This document shows, piece by piece, positions 31,458-41,341 of a DNA stretch of 64,000 nucleotides. The notes beneath the pieces are model-generated. The model was not told the origin of the DNA. It saw only the letters and a program-made list of their open reading frames with translations, and made no database searches. Numbering within the stretch: position 1 is the stretch's first letter; each line of letters starts with the position of its first letter. Source of the DNA: Steroidobacteraceae bacterium (GTDB lineage Bacteria; Pseudomonadota; Gammaproteobacteria; Steroidobacterales; Steroidobacteraceae); NCBI GenBank assembly GCA_035996065.1, contig DASYJX010000037.1, positions 31,296 to 95,295 of the forward strand, given 5' to 3'. The position numbers and the translations under genes were made by a program.

Positions 31458-34398
31458 GGAGACGATCGCCCTGCGGATCGATGAACGGCGACGAAACGAC
31501 CACGGCATCGATGACGGACCCTAGGTGATGGATTCGAATCTTCTCACCCACCCTCTGCGTTCCCCGCGCCAACATGCCGAGTGCCACGGGGCGCTTCAGT
31601 TCCGGACTCCAATAGCTCGACGTCACATGCCCTTCAGTCCGGGTCGGCGGCGCGCCGGGCGCGATTTGCGCACCGACGGGCAATCGCGTTCGCCCATCGG
31701 CGGGCGCCAGCCCCACCAATTGAAAACGGCCGGGATCACGCGCCGCGGGACGAAGCAGCGAGCGACGGCCCACGAAGTTGGCAGCCTTGCGTTCGATGGC
31801 ACGCGCAAAGCCGACATCTTGCGGCAGCGTCGTGCCGTCGGTATCGGTGCCGATGTGGATGTAGCCCTTTTCGGTGCGCATGATCTCCAACGCTTCGATA
31901 CCGTAGGGCACGGCCTGGAAATCAGCGGCGCGCTGCCACAGACGCTCCAGTAGTTCCTTGACATGATCGGCGGGGATATTGAGTTCGTATCCGAGCTCGC
32001 CGCTGAAGCTCGCCCGCAATACCCGCAACGGCGCACCTTCCCAAGCGCTCTCGCGCAGAGTCATGTGCTTCATCGATTGCGGAGCCAAGCCGGGGTCCAT
32101 CCCCACGGATGCCAGCCAATCCCAGGCGCGAGGACCGGCCACGGTCACGTTGCCCCACCGCGAGGTCACCGGAGTCACCAGCACCCGCAGATGTGTGTAT
32201 TCGCACTGCAGCCATTCCTCGAACGCGGCCGCCGTGCGTTCAACCCCTGCACTCGTGGTGTTCACCCAGTATTGTTGAGGCCCCAGCCGGGCGACGATGC
32301 CGTCGTCAACGACCGTGCCATTCTCGTTCAACAACAATCCATAGCGCGCTTGCCCCGGACTCAAGTTCGACATCGTCCCCACATACATGAGATCCAGAAA
32401 GTGCGCGGCGTCGGGGCCATAAATCTCCAGCTTGCCGAGCGGTGAACCGTCGAGCACGCCGGCATGCCGGCGGACGGCACCGGCCTCGCGCTGAGCAGCC
32501 GACTCCAAAGACTCATGAGCCTGCGGATAGGCCGCCGGTCGCAACCAGTTGCCGAATTGTTCGAACAGCGCGCCGCGCGCTTCGTGCCATCCGTGTGCAG
32601 GCAATCTCTTCAGCGGCCGATATAAGGCGCCCACCCGCCGGCCGGCGAGCAGTCCGAGCGTCACCGGCGCAAACGGCGGCCGGAATTTCGTCGTTCCCAC
32701 CCCGGCAGGCTCACGGCCCGTGAACTCGCCCATCAGCACCAGCGCATTGATGTTGCTGGTTTTGCCTTGATCCGTGCCCATACCGGTGGTCGTATAGCGC
32801 TTCAAGTGCTCGACCGAGCGATAATTCTCTTGCGCGGCCAGACCGATATCGCCGACGGCCACATCATTTTGCAGATCGACGAACTGCTTGCCGATCACGC
32901 CCGGGGCATGAGTGGCGGCCAGCGATCTGCCGGCGCCGCCGATCGGCGCCGCCGGCGCGGCGCCGCGGCGCGCAACCGCTCGCCCAAGTTCTGCGGCGTG
33001 ATTCACCGCCGCATCGCGGGCAAATATCCCGGCACAGGCGCCGGCGCTCAGGAGTCCTGGTGCCGCGCCATCCGGAACGAACATCGCCGATTCTTCCACC
33101 CAGCGCAATTTACCTCCCGCCTGCGAATGCAGGTGCACCGCCGGCGCAAAGCCGCCCGCGCTCAAGATGAGGTCGCAATCCAGCTTCTCGGGGCGCGCAC
33201 CGTCCATCTCCGTCGAAATCACCGTGCAATTGCGCACAGCCTTCGTGCCGCCGACCCTGGCGATAGCGGCGCTGACGAAGGTCCGCACATGCCCGGCATC
33301 GGTACTGATATCCGCGGGCGGACGACGATCCACCAGCGCGACTACATTCACGCCGGCAGCGCGCAAAGAGGCGGCAACTCGATAGGCGGAATCGCTGTTG
33401 GCTGCAATGACCACTCGCTGACCGCAGGCAACGCCGAACGCGTGCGCATACTTGTCGGCAGCGCCCGCCAACATCACTCCGGGACGATCGTTGTCGGGAA
33501 AAATCATGGGACGTTCGATTGCCCCGGTGGCGGCGATGACGGCGCGCGCGCGAATTTTCCACAGCCGCTCGCGAAGCACTCCGCCCGAACTGCCCGTGGC
33601 GATACTGCCCGTGGCGATACTGCCCGTGGCGATTCGGGTGGGCGCCGGGGACCGGGATTCGCGGGCGCACACGAGGTTATGATCGTACACGCCGAATGCC
33701 AGGGTACGGGTCATCTGACGTACGCCGCAACGCTCGGCGCGCACGATCAGTGCGGCTATTTGCGAATCGTCGCGCCACGCCAGCGCACCGCCGAGCGCCG
33801 AGCCGCTCGCGAGCAACAGCGTGTCTGCGCCCGCTTCGGCGGCGGCCACCGCAGCGCTCAAGCCCGCGAGGCCGCCCCCGATGACCAATACGTCCGCCTG
33901 CGCCGCCGCTTCTTCGTAGCGATCGGGATCGGGTTCTCCGGAGGCCCGGCCGAGACCCGCCATGCGGCGTATCGAGGGTTCGTATAAATGCCAGTCGGGC
34001 CACTTGAACGTCTTGTAGTAAAAGCCTGCCGGCAGCAGCGCGGCCATTCTGTTGTTGACAGCTCCCAGGTCGAAGCGAACGCTGGGCCAGCAATTGACGC
34101 TTGCGGCAACGAGACCTTCGTGAAGATCGACCAGCGTCGAGCGCATATTGGGCGTACGCGTGGCGCCCTCGCTCAAATCGACAAGTCCGGTAGGTTCCTC
34201 GACCCCGCACGAAAATATGCCGCGCGGCCGATGCAGTTTGAAGCTGCGCCCGACGAGCTGCACGCCGTTCGCCAATAGTGCCGAAGCGAGGGTGTCGCCG
34301 GGATGGCCGATCAAGCGCCGGCCGTTGAATTCAAAAGATAGGCGCTGAGATCTATCGATTCGGCTCCCGCAAGGGACAGCAAGTCGGGACGATGTCAT
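31450..34398 (-). CDS. soxA: Sarcosine oxidase alpha subunit (operon 1)
   Basis: 982 aa. Contains FEFNGRRLIGHPGDTLASALLANGVQLVGRSFKLHRPRGI, FAD/NAD Rossmann blocks, and a C-terminal GcvT-like folate domain. ATGA overlap with soxD. Confidence 0.93.
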   Translation of the reverse strand: MTSSRLAVPCGSRIDRSQRLSFEFNGRRLIGHPGDTLASALLANGVQLVGRSFKLHRPRGIFSCGVEEPTGLVDLSEGATRTPNMRSTLVDLHEGLVAASVNCWPSVRFDLGAVNNRMAALLPAGFYYKTFKWPDWHLYEPSIRRMAGLGRASGEPDPDRYEEAAAQADVLVIGGGLAGLSAAVAAAEAGADTLLLASGSALGGALAWRDDSQIAALIVRAERCGVRQMTRTLAFGVYDHNLVCARESRSPAPTRIATGSIATGSIATGSSGGVLRERLWKIRARAVIAATGAIERPMIFPDNDRPGVMLAGAADKYAHAFGVACGQRVVIAANSDSAYRVAASLRAAGVNVVALVDRRPPADISTDAGHVRTFVSAAIARVGGTKAVRNCTVISTEMDGARPEKLDCDLILSAGGFAPAVHLHSQAGGKLRWVEESAMFVPDGAAPGLLSAGACAGIFARDAAVNHAAELGRAVARRGAAPAAPIGGAGRSLAATHAPGVIGKQFVDLQNDVAVGDIGLAAQENYRSVEHLKRYTTTGMGTDQGKTSNINALVLMGEFTGREPAGVGTTKFRPPFAPVTLGLLAGRRVGALYRPLKRLPAHGWHEARGALFEQFGNWLRPAAYPQAHESLESAAQREAGAVRRHAGVLDGSPLGKLEIYGPDAAHFLDLMYVGTMSNLSPGQARYGLLLNENGTVVDDGIVARLGPQQYWVNTTSAGVERTAAAFEEWLQCEYTHLRVLVTPVTSRWGNVTVAGPRAWDWLASVGMDPGLAPQSMKHMTLRESAWEGAPLRVLRASFSGELGYELNIPADHVKELLERLWQRAADFQAVPYGIEALEIMRTEKGYIHIGTDTDGTTLPQDVGFARAIERKAANFVGRRSLLRPAARDPGRFQLVGLAPADGRTRLPVGAQIAPGAPPTRTEGHVTSSYWSPELKRPVALGMLARGTQRVGEKIRIHHLGSVIDAVVVSSPFIDPQGDRLRG
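33589..33633 (-). repeat. Perfect 15-bp x3 in-frame tandem repeat inside soxA (encodes IATGS-IATGS-IATGS)
   Basis: The plus strand reads ACTGCCCGTGGCGAT three times, at 33589-33603, 33604-33618 and 33619-33633. Confidence 0.95.
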
Positions 34399-34661
34399 GG
34401 CGGCGGCGGATCGGTCATGCTGTAGACCGAGAGTATTTCATGGGTGACGGTGTTGCGTGCGAGATTGAACCACCGGCCGCAGCCTTGGCTGTGGCGCCAG
34501 CGTTCCAGATGCACACCCTTCGGATTGTCGCGAAAGAATAAATATTCGCCCCAGACTTGGTCGCTTTGCTCCAGTCCCGGCCGCGCGATATGCGACGTGC
34601 CGCCGCAAGTGAACTCGTTTTCGTCGCGTAAACCGCAATGAATACAGGGAATCTGCATCAT
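34395..34661 (-). CDS. soxD: Sarcosine oxidase delta subunit (operon 1)
   Basis: 88 aa. MMQIPCIHCGLRDENEFTCGG... is the Cys-rich SoxD N-terminus, and ERWRHSQGCGRWFN is also present. Confidence 0.9.
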   Translation of the reverse strand: MMQIPCIHCGLRDENEFTCGGTSHIARPGLEQSDQVWGEYLFFRDNPKGVHLERWRHSQGCGRWFNLARNTVTHEILSVYSMTDPPPP

Positions 34662-35908
34662 CAGTGCGCAATCCCCGATGCGGCGGCTTCGTCGATCAAT
34701 CGGCCGGTGATGAATCGCTCCAGCTGAAAGGGCTCAGCGATGGGGTGATTGCGGCCGGTCGCCAATACATGTGCGAACGTCCATCCGCCCGCGGGGATGG
34801 CCTTGAAGCCGCCGGTACCCCAGCCGCAATTGATGTAAAGGTTCGGAATGGGGGTCGGGCCGATGATCGGACTGGAGTCGTGCACCACATCGACGATACC
34901 TGCCCACTGGCGCATCAGGTTCAGCCGGCTGAAGGACGGGAACAGCTCGAGCGTCGCCGCAATGATCGCCTGTTTGACCGCAAAACTGCCGCGCTGCGCA
35001 TAGGAGGGAAACAGATCGAGCATGGCGCCCATGACGATCTCGCCCTTGTCCGACTGGCTTATGTACGCGCCTGTGCCGGGCGACAGAATAACCGTATCGA
35101 GCAACGGTTTGATGGGTTCGCTGACCATGGCCTGCAATGCGTAGCTGGTCACCGGCAAGCGGAAACCGGCCAGCTTCGCAAGCACCGAGCTGTGTCCCGC
35201 CGCCGCGATGCCGACCCGTTCCGCGTGGATGCGCCCGCGAGTAGTATTCACGCCGACGGCGCGGCCGTTCTCCTTGATGAATTCGACGACTTCGCAATTC
35301 TGGATGATGTCGACGCCCAAAGCGGAGGCGGCCCGTGCATAACCCCAAGCCACCGCATCATGCCGAGCCGTGCCGGCGCGCCGCTGCGTGAAGCCGCCGA
35401 GTACCGGCAATCGCGCCCGCGGCGACAGGTCGAGCGCTGGCGCGAGCGCCCCGACTTGCTCCCGCGTCAGCAGCTCCGCTGCGATGCCGTTCATGCGCAT
35501 GGCGTTCGCCCAACGCGACATGGCATCGAGATCATGACGGCTGTGCGCAAGCATTATCAAGCCGCGCTGGCTCAGCATGATGTTGAAATTCAATGCCTGC
35601 GAGAGACCCTCGTACAATTGCAGTGAGAAGTCATACAGGCGTGCGCTTTCGGGATACAGATAATTCGAGCGCACGATGGTGGTATTGCGCCCCGTGTTGC
35701 CGCCTCCGATCCAGCCGCGCTCGATCACGGCGACATTGGTGACGCGGTGATTTTTCGCGAGATAATAAGCGGCCGCGAGCCCATGACCGCCGCCGCCGAC
35801 GATGATGACGTCGTACTTCGGCTTGGGGGTGGCTTCGCGCCACGCAGCGGGCCAATGCCGTTGACCGGAAAACGCGCCCCGCAGCAGCGACCAAGCCGAA
35901 TACTTCAA
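34661..35908 (-). CDS. soxB: Sarcosine oxidase beta subunit (operon 1)
   Basis: 415 aa. Contains [23 protein letters not shown]...[16 protein letters not shown]. The TTG start overlaps the TGA of the upstream Rieske gene (TTGA). Confidence 0.92.
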   Translation of the reverse strand: MKYSAWSLLRGAFSGQRHWPAAWREATPKPKYDVIIVGGGGHGLAAAYYLAKNHRVTNVAVIERGWIGGGNTGRNTTIVRSNYLYPESARLYDFSLQLYEGLSQALNFNIMLSQRGLIMLAHSRHDLDAMSRWANAMRMNGIAAELLTREQVGALAPALDLSPRARLPVLGGFTQRRAGTARHDAVAWGYARAASALGVDIIQNCEVVEFIKENGRAVGVNTTRGRIHAERVGIAAAGHSSVLAKLAGFRLPVTSYALQAMVSEPIKPLLDTVILSPGTGAYISQSDKGEIVMGAMLDLFPSYAQRGSFAVKQAIIAATLELFPSFSRLNLMRQWAGIVDVVHDSSPIIGPTPIPNLYINCGWGTGGFKAIPAGGWTFAHVLATGRNHPIAEPFQLERFITGRLIDEAAASGIAH

Positions 35909-37134
35909 GCTTTCGAATCTTCGGTCAGTCTGCCCTCGAGATGCGAGCAGTACCAGTGCACGAATTGCGTCACGCCGGCCTCATGCACCGGAGAATACGG
36001 CGCCGGATCGTAGGCGGGCGAATTCACGCCGATCTGATTTTCCTGACAGTTGCGAGTATCGGCGGCGTTGGTCGCCATCCATACGCCGGTCAGCTCCCTG
36101 AGGTCGTAATCCACGCCTTCCACCGCATCGCGGTGGACCAGCCATTTGGTGGTCAATTGCGTCTGGGTGGGACTCACCGGCAGCACGCGGAAAGAAATGG
36201 CATGGTCGGCGAGTACGTGGTTCCAGGTGGTCGGGAAGTGAAACATCAGCAGCGTGCCGATGTCCGGCTCGGTGACGGAATCCGAGAGGGGGCGGTGCAC
36301 GGCGGCATTGCCGGACATGGTGAAGCTGACCGCTCCTTCGAGCAGCGGCGTGCGCACGGTGCGGTACTGGCTGTTGGCGGAGATATGAAATTTGCTGGGC
36401 AGTCCGATGGACTCCCAATGAGCCCATTTCGCGGCCGTTTTCGGGTTCGAGGCGGCGTCCTCGCCGTCCGTTGCGGTCGGGTCCTCGGGAAAGGTTCTGA
36501 TGAGTTCCGGATGGTTGGCCGCGCAGTGATAGCACTCGCGGTTATTCTCCCAGACCAGCTTCCAATTCGCCTGCTCGATGATGGTCGACTGGAATGCGAT
36601 CTTGGTCTGATGCAGCTTATGCGGCAGAAAGTACGGTTCGATGTGCCGCCGAATGGGCTCGAAATCGGGCGCGATTTTGCCTAAGCAAATCCAGATATAG
36701 CCGCCGGCGCTCGCGCAGTGAATCGGTTTCAATGCGTGTTGCGATTTGTCAAAGTCACTGCCCATGTCCCGCGCCGCGATCAGCCGTCCGTCCAGGGCAT
36801 AGGTCCATTGGTGGTAAGGGCACACGAGCCGCGGCGATGAGCCATGCTCCGCGGAGCAAATCCTCGATCCGCGATGCCGGCAGGTGTTGTGGAAGGCGCG
36901 CAGACCGCCGTCGCGATCGCGCAAGACTACGACCGGGTACTCGCCGATCTGCACGGTCACGTAGCTGCCGGGATTCAACACTTCGCAATCATGACCGACG
37001 AACAGCCAATCGCGGTACCAGATCATGTCCAGATCGATCTGGTAATCCTCCTGGCTACAATAGAAATCCCGCTCGAGAGCGGTCTCCAGATTGCGTCCCC
37101 GCAGTCGGTCCAGCATGAAATCACGCGCGCTCAT
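35905..37134 (-). CDS. Rieske (2Fe-2S) non-heme-iron oxygenase alpha subunit (GbcA/CntA-like candidate N-demethylating monooxygenase)
   Basis: From ORF 35905-37275, trimmed to ATG 37134. The Rieske motif is CRHRG...CPYHQW. The mononuclear iron motif is NRECYHCAANHPE. 409 aa. Confidence 0.88.
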   Translation of the reverse strand: MSARDFMLDRLRGRNLETALERDFYCSQEDYQIDLDMIWYRDWLFVGHDCEVLNPGSYVTVQIGEYPVVVLRDRDGGLRAFHNTCRHRGSRICSAEHGSSPRLVCPYHQWTYALDGRLIAARDMGSDFDKSQHALKPIHCASAGGYIWICLGKIAPDFEPIRRHIEPYFLPHKLHQTKIAFQSTIIEQANWKLVWENNRECYHCAANHPELIRTFPEDPTATDGEDAASNPKTAAKWAHWESIGLPSKFHISANSQYRTVRTPLLEGAVSFTMSGNAAVHRPLSDSVTEPDIGTLLMFHFPTTWNHVLADHAISFRVLPVSPTQTQLTTKWLVHRDAVEGVDYDLRELTGVWMATNAADTRNCQENQIGVNSPAYDPAPYSPVHEAGVTQFVHWYCSHLEGRLTEDSKA

Positions 37135-37273
37135 GAGACAGTCCTGGTTTTCAAGAGTTCTTCCTACGATACCAATATTCGAGCGCAACCCGGTGCCCCG
37201 AAGCGACGTTTTCCAAGAAATATACGACGAAGCGATTTGCGCCGGCATTAGGATTGCGTAAACTCTCGCTGCC

Positions 37274-39295
37274 ATGGCGGGTCAGCAACGTGATGCCTTT
37301 TTTCGCTGCCCCTCCGCGCCGACGGCATACCTGGCGCTGTGCGGGGTTTTCGCCCTGTTGGGTTTAGATTCGGCAGCCGCGAGTGGGGACGCCGCGCCGC
37401 CTAACACCCGGCGGCCCCTTCTCGTGGGATCGATCGATCTCACGCCGTGCCCGGACATCGCCGCCTACTGCGGCAAGCTAGATCGGCCTTTGGATCCCAC
37501 CGGCGCGATCCCCGGACGCATCTCTATCCACTTCGAATATTATCGTCATTCGGGGCGCGGCGATGCGGCGGGCACCCTGGTCGCCACCGAGGGCGGACCG
37601 GGCTATCCCGCCACCCTGTCTCGCGATGACTATCTGGCCTTGTTCGAACCGCTGCGCCGGCAGCGCGATGTCCTGCTGATGGACAATCGCGGCACCGGCC
37701 AATCCGGCGCGATCGACTGCCACGAATTGCAGAGCGCCGAAAGAGTGACCGTGCAACGCGTCGGCGCCTGCGGCACGTCCCTCGGAGATGGCGCACCGCT
37801 CTACAGCACCGCGTATGCGGCGGACGATCTGGCCGCAATTCTCGATGCGCTCAACATCCACCGCATCGATCTGTACGGCGATTCATACGGGACCTACTTC
37901 GAACAAGTGTTCGCCGTGCGGCACCCGAATTCCCTGCGTTCCATCGTACTCGACGGCGCCTATCCGCTGAACGGCCCCGACTACGCCTGGTACCCAAGCT
38001 ACGCGCCCGCCATGCGCTACAAATTCGACATTGCTTGCCGGCGTTTCGAGCCCTGCGCAAAGCTTCCCGGCAGTTCGATCGAACACATGCTGCCGGCATT
38101 GCAGGAACTGCGCTCGCGGCCCTTTACCGCCCGGGCCCCGGACAGCGACGGCACCCAGCGCGAATTTACGGCGGACGCCTCGCAACTCGCCATCGTGATG
38201 TACGGCAGCGCACCTGCATTCGCCACGGTTCGTGAACTCGACGCCGCGGCGCGAGCTTTTTCGACGGGCGACCGGGCGCCGCTGTTGAGGCTCATGGCGG
38301 AGACCATCAGCGCCGTGGATTCCCGCGATCCGGCCGCGGACCCCACGAAGTGGAGCGCCGGCCTTGCTGCGGCCGTGATGTGTCAGGACCCGCCGCAGAT
38401 TTTCGATATGCGCCTCGACCCCTCCTTGCGTACCGCGGATCGCGATCGCGCCGTCGCAGATCGGCGGCTCACGTCTCCGAATACCTATGCGCCCTTCACC
38501 ATCGACGAATACCGCGGCATGCCGCTCGACTACAGCTTCATCGATCAATGCGTCGAGTGGCCGGTCGCCCCAACAAGTCACCCGGCGTCGCGCGTGGTGG
38601 CCGCGGATGCGCTCTATCCGGACGTCCCTGCTCTCATCATTTCCGGCGAGTTCGACAACCTCACCACCCCGGCCGACGGAGCAGCGGTGGCCGCCGCCTT
38701 CCGGCACGGCACGCAAATCCGCATCGCCAACAGCTTCCACGTCAACGCGTTGCCTCGAGCCCGCAGCGCCTGCGCCGCGAAGATCGTGCGCAGATTCATC
38801 GAAGCTCTGGAACCCGGCGAAGCGGCGTGTGCACCGAAAGTCCCGCCGCTGCGGCTGGTGCCGCGGTTCGCCGTCCATGCCGTCGAGCTCGAGCCCGCCT
38901 CCTCGCTTGCCGGCAATCGGGCGAGCCCGGCGCAGCTGAAATGGATCAGCGCGGCAGTGATGACCGCGGGCGATGTGCTGGCCCGGTTGGGCGGCAACTC
39001 GACCGGACGAGGGGTGGGTCTGCGCGGCGGCACCTTTCGCGTCGCGAATGAGGGGCCGCTCATTCATATTGCATTGACCGAGGTACGATGGACCGAGGAT
39101 TTGGCGGTCAGCGGAAAGATCGAGAAACCTCGTGGCAGAACCGGCGAGGTGCGCGCGCCGCTGCATCTGGCGGCGGCGGACGGGCTTACCGGCGATATCA
39201 TGGTTGAGTGGCCGGAGGGCATCGCCGGCTCCGGCGCCACCATTCGCGGCATCCTCGGCGGCGCCGCCGTGAATGCACGCACATCTGCGCCCTGA
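37274..39295 (+). CDS. Secreted alpha/beta hydrolase (S33 / tripeptidyl-aminopeptidase-like)
   Basis: Signal-like N-terminus AYLALCGVFALLGLDSAAASG. Contains EGGPGYPAT and the nucleophile elbow LYGDSYGTY. 673 aa. Confidence 0.75.
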   Translation: MAGQQRDAFFRCPSAPTAYLALCGVFALLGLDSAAASGDAAPPNTRRPLLVGSIDLTPCPDIAAYCGKLDRPLDPTGAIPGRISIHFEYYRHSGRGDAAGTLVATEGGPGYPATLSRDDYLALFEPLRRQRDVLLMDNRGTGQSGAIDCHELQSAERVTVQRVGACGTSLGDGAPLYSTAYAADDLAAILDALNIHRIDLYGDSYGTYFEQVFAVRHPNSLRSIVLDGAYPLNGPDYAWYPSYAPAMRYKFDIACRRFEPCAKLPGSSIEHMLPALQELRSRPFTARAPDSDGTQREFTADASQLAIVMYGSAPAFATVRELDAAARAFSTGDRAPLLRLMAETISAVDSRDPAADPTKWSAGLAAAVMCQDPPQIFDMRLDPSLRTADRDRAVADRRLTSPNTYAPFTIDEYRGMPLDYSFIDQCVEWPVAPTSHPASRVVAADALYPDVPALIISGEFDNLTTPADGAAVAAAFRHGTQIRIANSFHVNALPRARSACAAKIVRRFIEALEPGEAACAPKVPPLRLVPRFAVHAVELEPASSLAGNRASPAQLKWISAAVMTAGDVLARLGGNSTGRGVGLRGGTFRVANEGPLIHIALTEVRWTEDLAVSGKIEKPRGRTGEVRAPLHLAAADGLTGDIMVEWPEGIAGSGATIRGILGGAAVNARTSAP

Positions 39296-39315
39296 GAGGG
39301 GCGCTTCCGCCGATA

Positions 39316-41325
39316 TCAGCGCGTCGGTTGCACGTAGCGGTCCAACCACGCAGACATGCGCTCTGCGAGATCCTTGACGAAGCTGGGGCGCGTGAACACG
39401 TGATGTTGACCCGGGTAGATGACGAGCTGCGCGGGTACGCCCAAGGTCCGTAGTGCCTGGTACATCTGCTCACTGCCCATGACGGGGACGTTGAAGTCCT
39501 TCTCGCCGCCCAGGAACAAAGTCGGCGTGTGAATCCGATCGGCATGAAAGAACGGATAGGATACCTTGAGCCATAGTGCCGTGTTGCGCCACGGCGGGCC
39601 GAGCTCGTTGTTGTATTGAAGGACGTATTGATCGGTGCCGTACGTCGAGATTTGATTGCCGCTGCCCGCTCCGCTGATGGCGGCCTTGAAGCGGCCATCG
39701 CTCGCAATGGTGTAATCGGTCAGTATCCCGCCGTAGCTCCAGCCGCCGATCGCGAGCCGGTTCGGATCGGCGATTCCGCTGGCGACCAAATGATCGACAC
39801 CGGCCAGCAAATCTTCCACCTCCTTATGGCCCCAGTCCGCGAATATGGTTTTGGCGAAAGCGACGCCACGCCCGCTGCCGCCGCGATAATTGACGCGCAG
39901 AACGACGAATCCCTTGGCCGCAAACATCTGCGGCTCGAATTGGTAGCCATCGAGAACCAGCGAGTGCTCGTCCCCGCCGTTCGGTCCGCCGTGAATCCAC
40001 AATACCATGGGGTACTTGTGACCGGGCACAAAAGACGGCGGTTTGACGAGCAGCCCATGAATCTCGGTGCCGTCCTTATTCTTGAATCGAATGTCCTCGA
40101 CGGCGCCGAGCTGCAACTGGGCGAGAAACGCGTCGTTGTGCGAAGTGAGCTTGCGCAGTTGCCCCGCCTCGAGTGCATGCACTTCGGCCAGCGCGCCGTC
40201 GTTGGACTCGAGCAACGCAGTATGACCGGCCGCCGAGGACAGTGCGGAGACCAGGAATGGTCCCGCAGCGGTCTCTCGCGTGATGGCGCCGCCCGCCAAG
40301 TCCACTTGAGCCGCATAGCCGGTTGCGTCGTCCTCCACCGTGATCCTGATCGACGCCGAATCCGCTGCGAACGCGAAGGAAGTCACCGCCCGATCGAGCT
40401 TGTCGGCGAGCGGCCGGGATGCACCCCCGGCAGCCGGCACCACGGCAAGATGGTCCTGCATGTAGGCGTTGAACTTGGGCTCGAGTCCCTGCAGATACGC
40501 GATCAGCACACCGTCGGGACTCCACGCGAGCCTCTGCGTGTTCGGCGCAAAGGGACGCACGAGGCTGCGCGGCGTCGCGCCGGCCTTCGGTTCGATGACG
40601 TCGATCTCTTCCCGTCCGTCTCGATCAGCGCCTTGCTCGTGCGTCCGGATGAAGGCGATCCGCGCGCCGTCGGGAGACCATGCCGGCAGATCCTCGTTGA
40701 AGGCCTGATCGGTGGTTAGCTGTTCGATATGCTTGCTCTCGACATCCAACAAGTACAAATGTTGCCCGTGACCCGCGCCGATATATCCTTCTTCGTCCTG
40801 TTTGAAGTGCAGAGCGTCGATTACGATCGGCTTTGGTGCGGGGTTCGTATCGCCCGGCTGCATCGCGAAGGCGAAGCGCTTGCCGTCCGGAGCCCACGCG
40901 TATTCGCCGATGTCGCCGCTGACGCTGGTCAGCTGACGAGCGTTGCCGCCGCGCCGGTCCAACACCAGTATCTGGCTTTTCTCCGACCCTGCCGGTTTGG
41001 CGATGAACGCGAGATAGCCGCCGTCCGGGCTCCACTTCGGCTTGCCGGTGCCGTCCGCCGCAGCCGTCAGCGCCAGCCGCTGGCTGCCGTCCCAGCTCGC
41101 CATCCAGATCGCGCTGCGTGCCTCGTCGTCCTCGCGGACGTTCGTCGTCATCACGTAGGCCACCCATAGACCATCGGGCGAGACTTGGGGGTCGCTCACA
41201 TCCTGGACGTTGTAGAAATCGTCGGGTGTCAGCGTTCGGCGAGCGGTTGGCGCATCGGCGGCAATGCCGTCGGTCGCACAAAGGATCAGCAATGCATTGG
41301 CGGCAAGCGCATGCATTCGTTTCAT
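39316..41325 (-). CDS. S9-family serine peptidase (prolyl oligopeptidase/acylaminoacyl peptidase-like) with N-terminal beta-propeller
   Basis: Signal peptide MKRMHALAANALLILCATDGIAADA. Repeated SPDG propeller blades. Catalytic GGWSYGG, GEKDFNVP and YPGQHH. 669 aa. Confidence 0.88.
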   Translation of the reverse strand: MKRMHALAANALLILCATDGIAADAPTARRTLTPDDFYNVQDVSDPQVSPDGLWVAYVMTTNVREDDEARSAIWMASWDGSQRLALTAAADGTGKPKWSPDGGYLAFIAKPAGSEKSQILVLDRRGGNARQLTSVSGDIGEYAWAPDGKRFAFAMQPGDTNPAPKPIVIDALHFKQDEEGYIGAGHGQHLYLLDVESKHIEQLTTDQAFNEDLPAWSPDGARIAFIRTHEQGADRDGREEIDVIEPKAGATPRSLVRPFAPNTQRLAWSPDGVLIAYLQGLEPKFNAYMQDHLAVVPAAGGASRPLADKLDRAVTSFAFAADSASIRITVEDDATGYAAQVDLAGGAITRETAAGPFLVSALSSAAGHTALLESNDGALAEVHALEAGQLRKLTSHNDAFLAQLQLGAVEDIRFKNKDGTEIHGLLVKPPSFVPGHKYPMVLWIHGGPNGGDEHSLVLDGYQFEPQMFAAKGFVVLRVNYRGGSGRGVAFAKTIFADWGHKEVEDLLAGVDHLVASGIADPNRLAIGGWSYGGILTDYTIASDGRFKAAISGAGSGNQISTYGTDQYVLQYNNELGPPWRNTALWLKVSYPFFHADRIHTPTLFLGGEKDFNVPVMGSEQMYQALRTLGVPAQLVIYPGQHHVFTRPSFVKDLAERMSAWLDRYVQPTR

Positions 41326-41341
41326 TCGTGATGTCCGCTCA

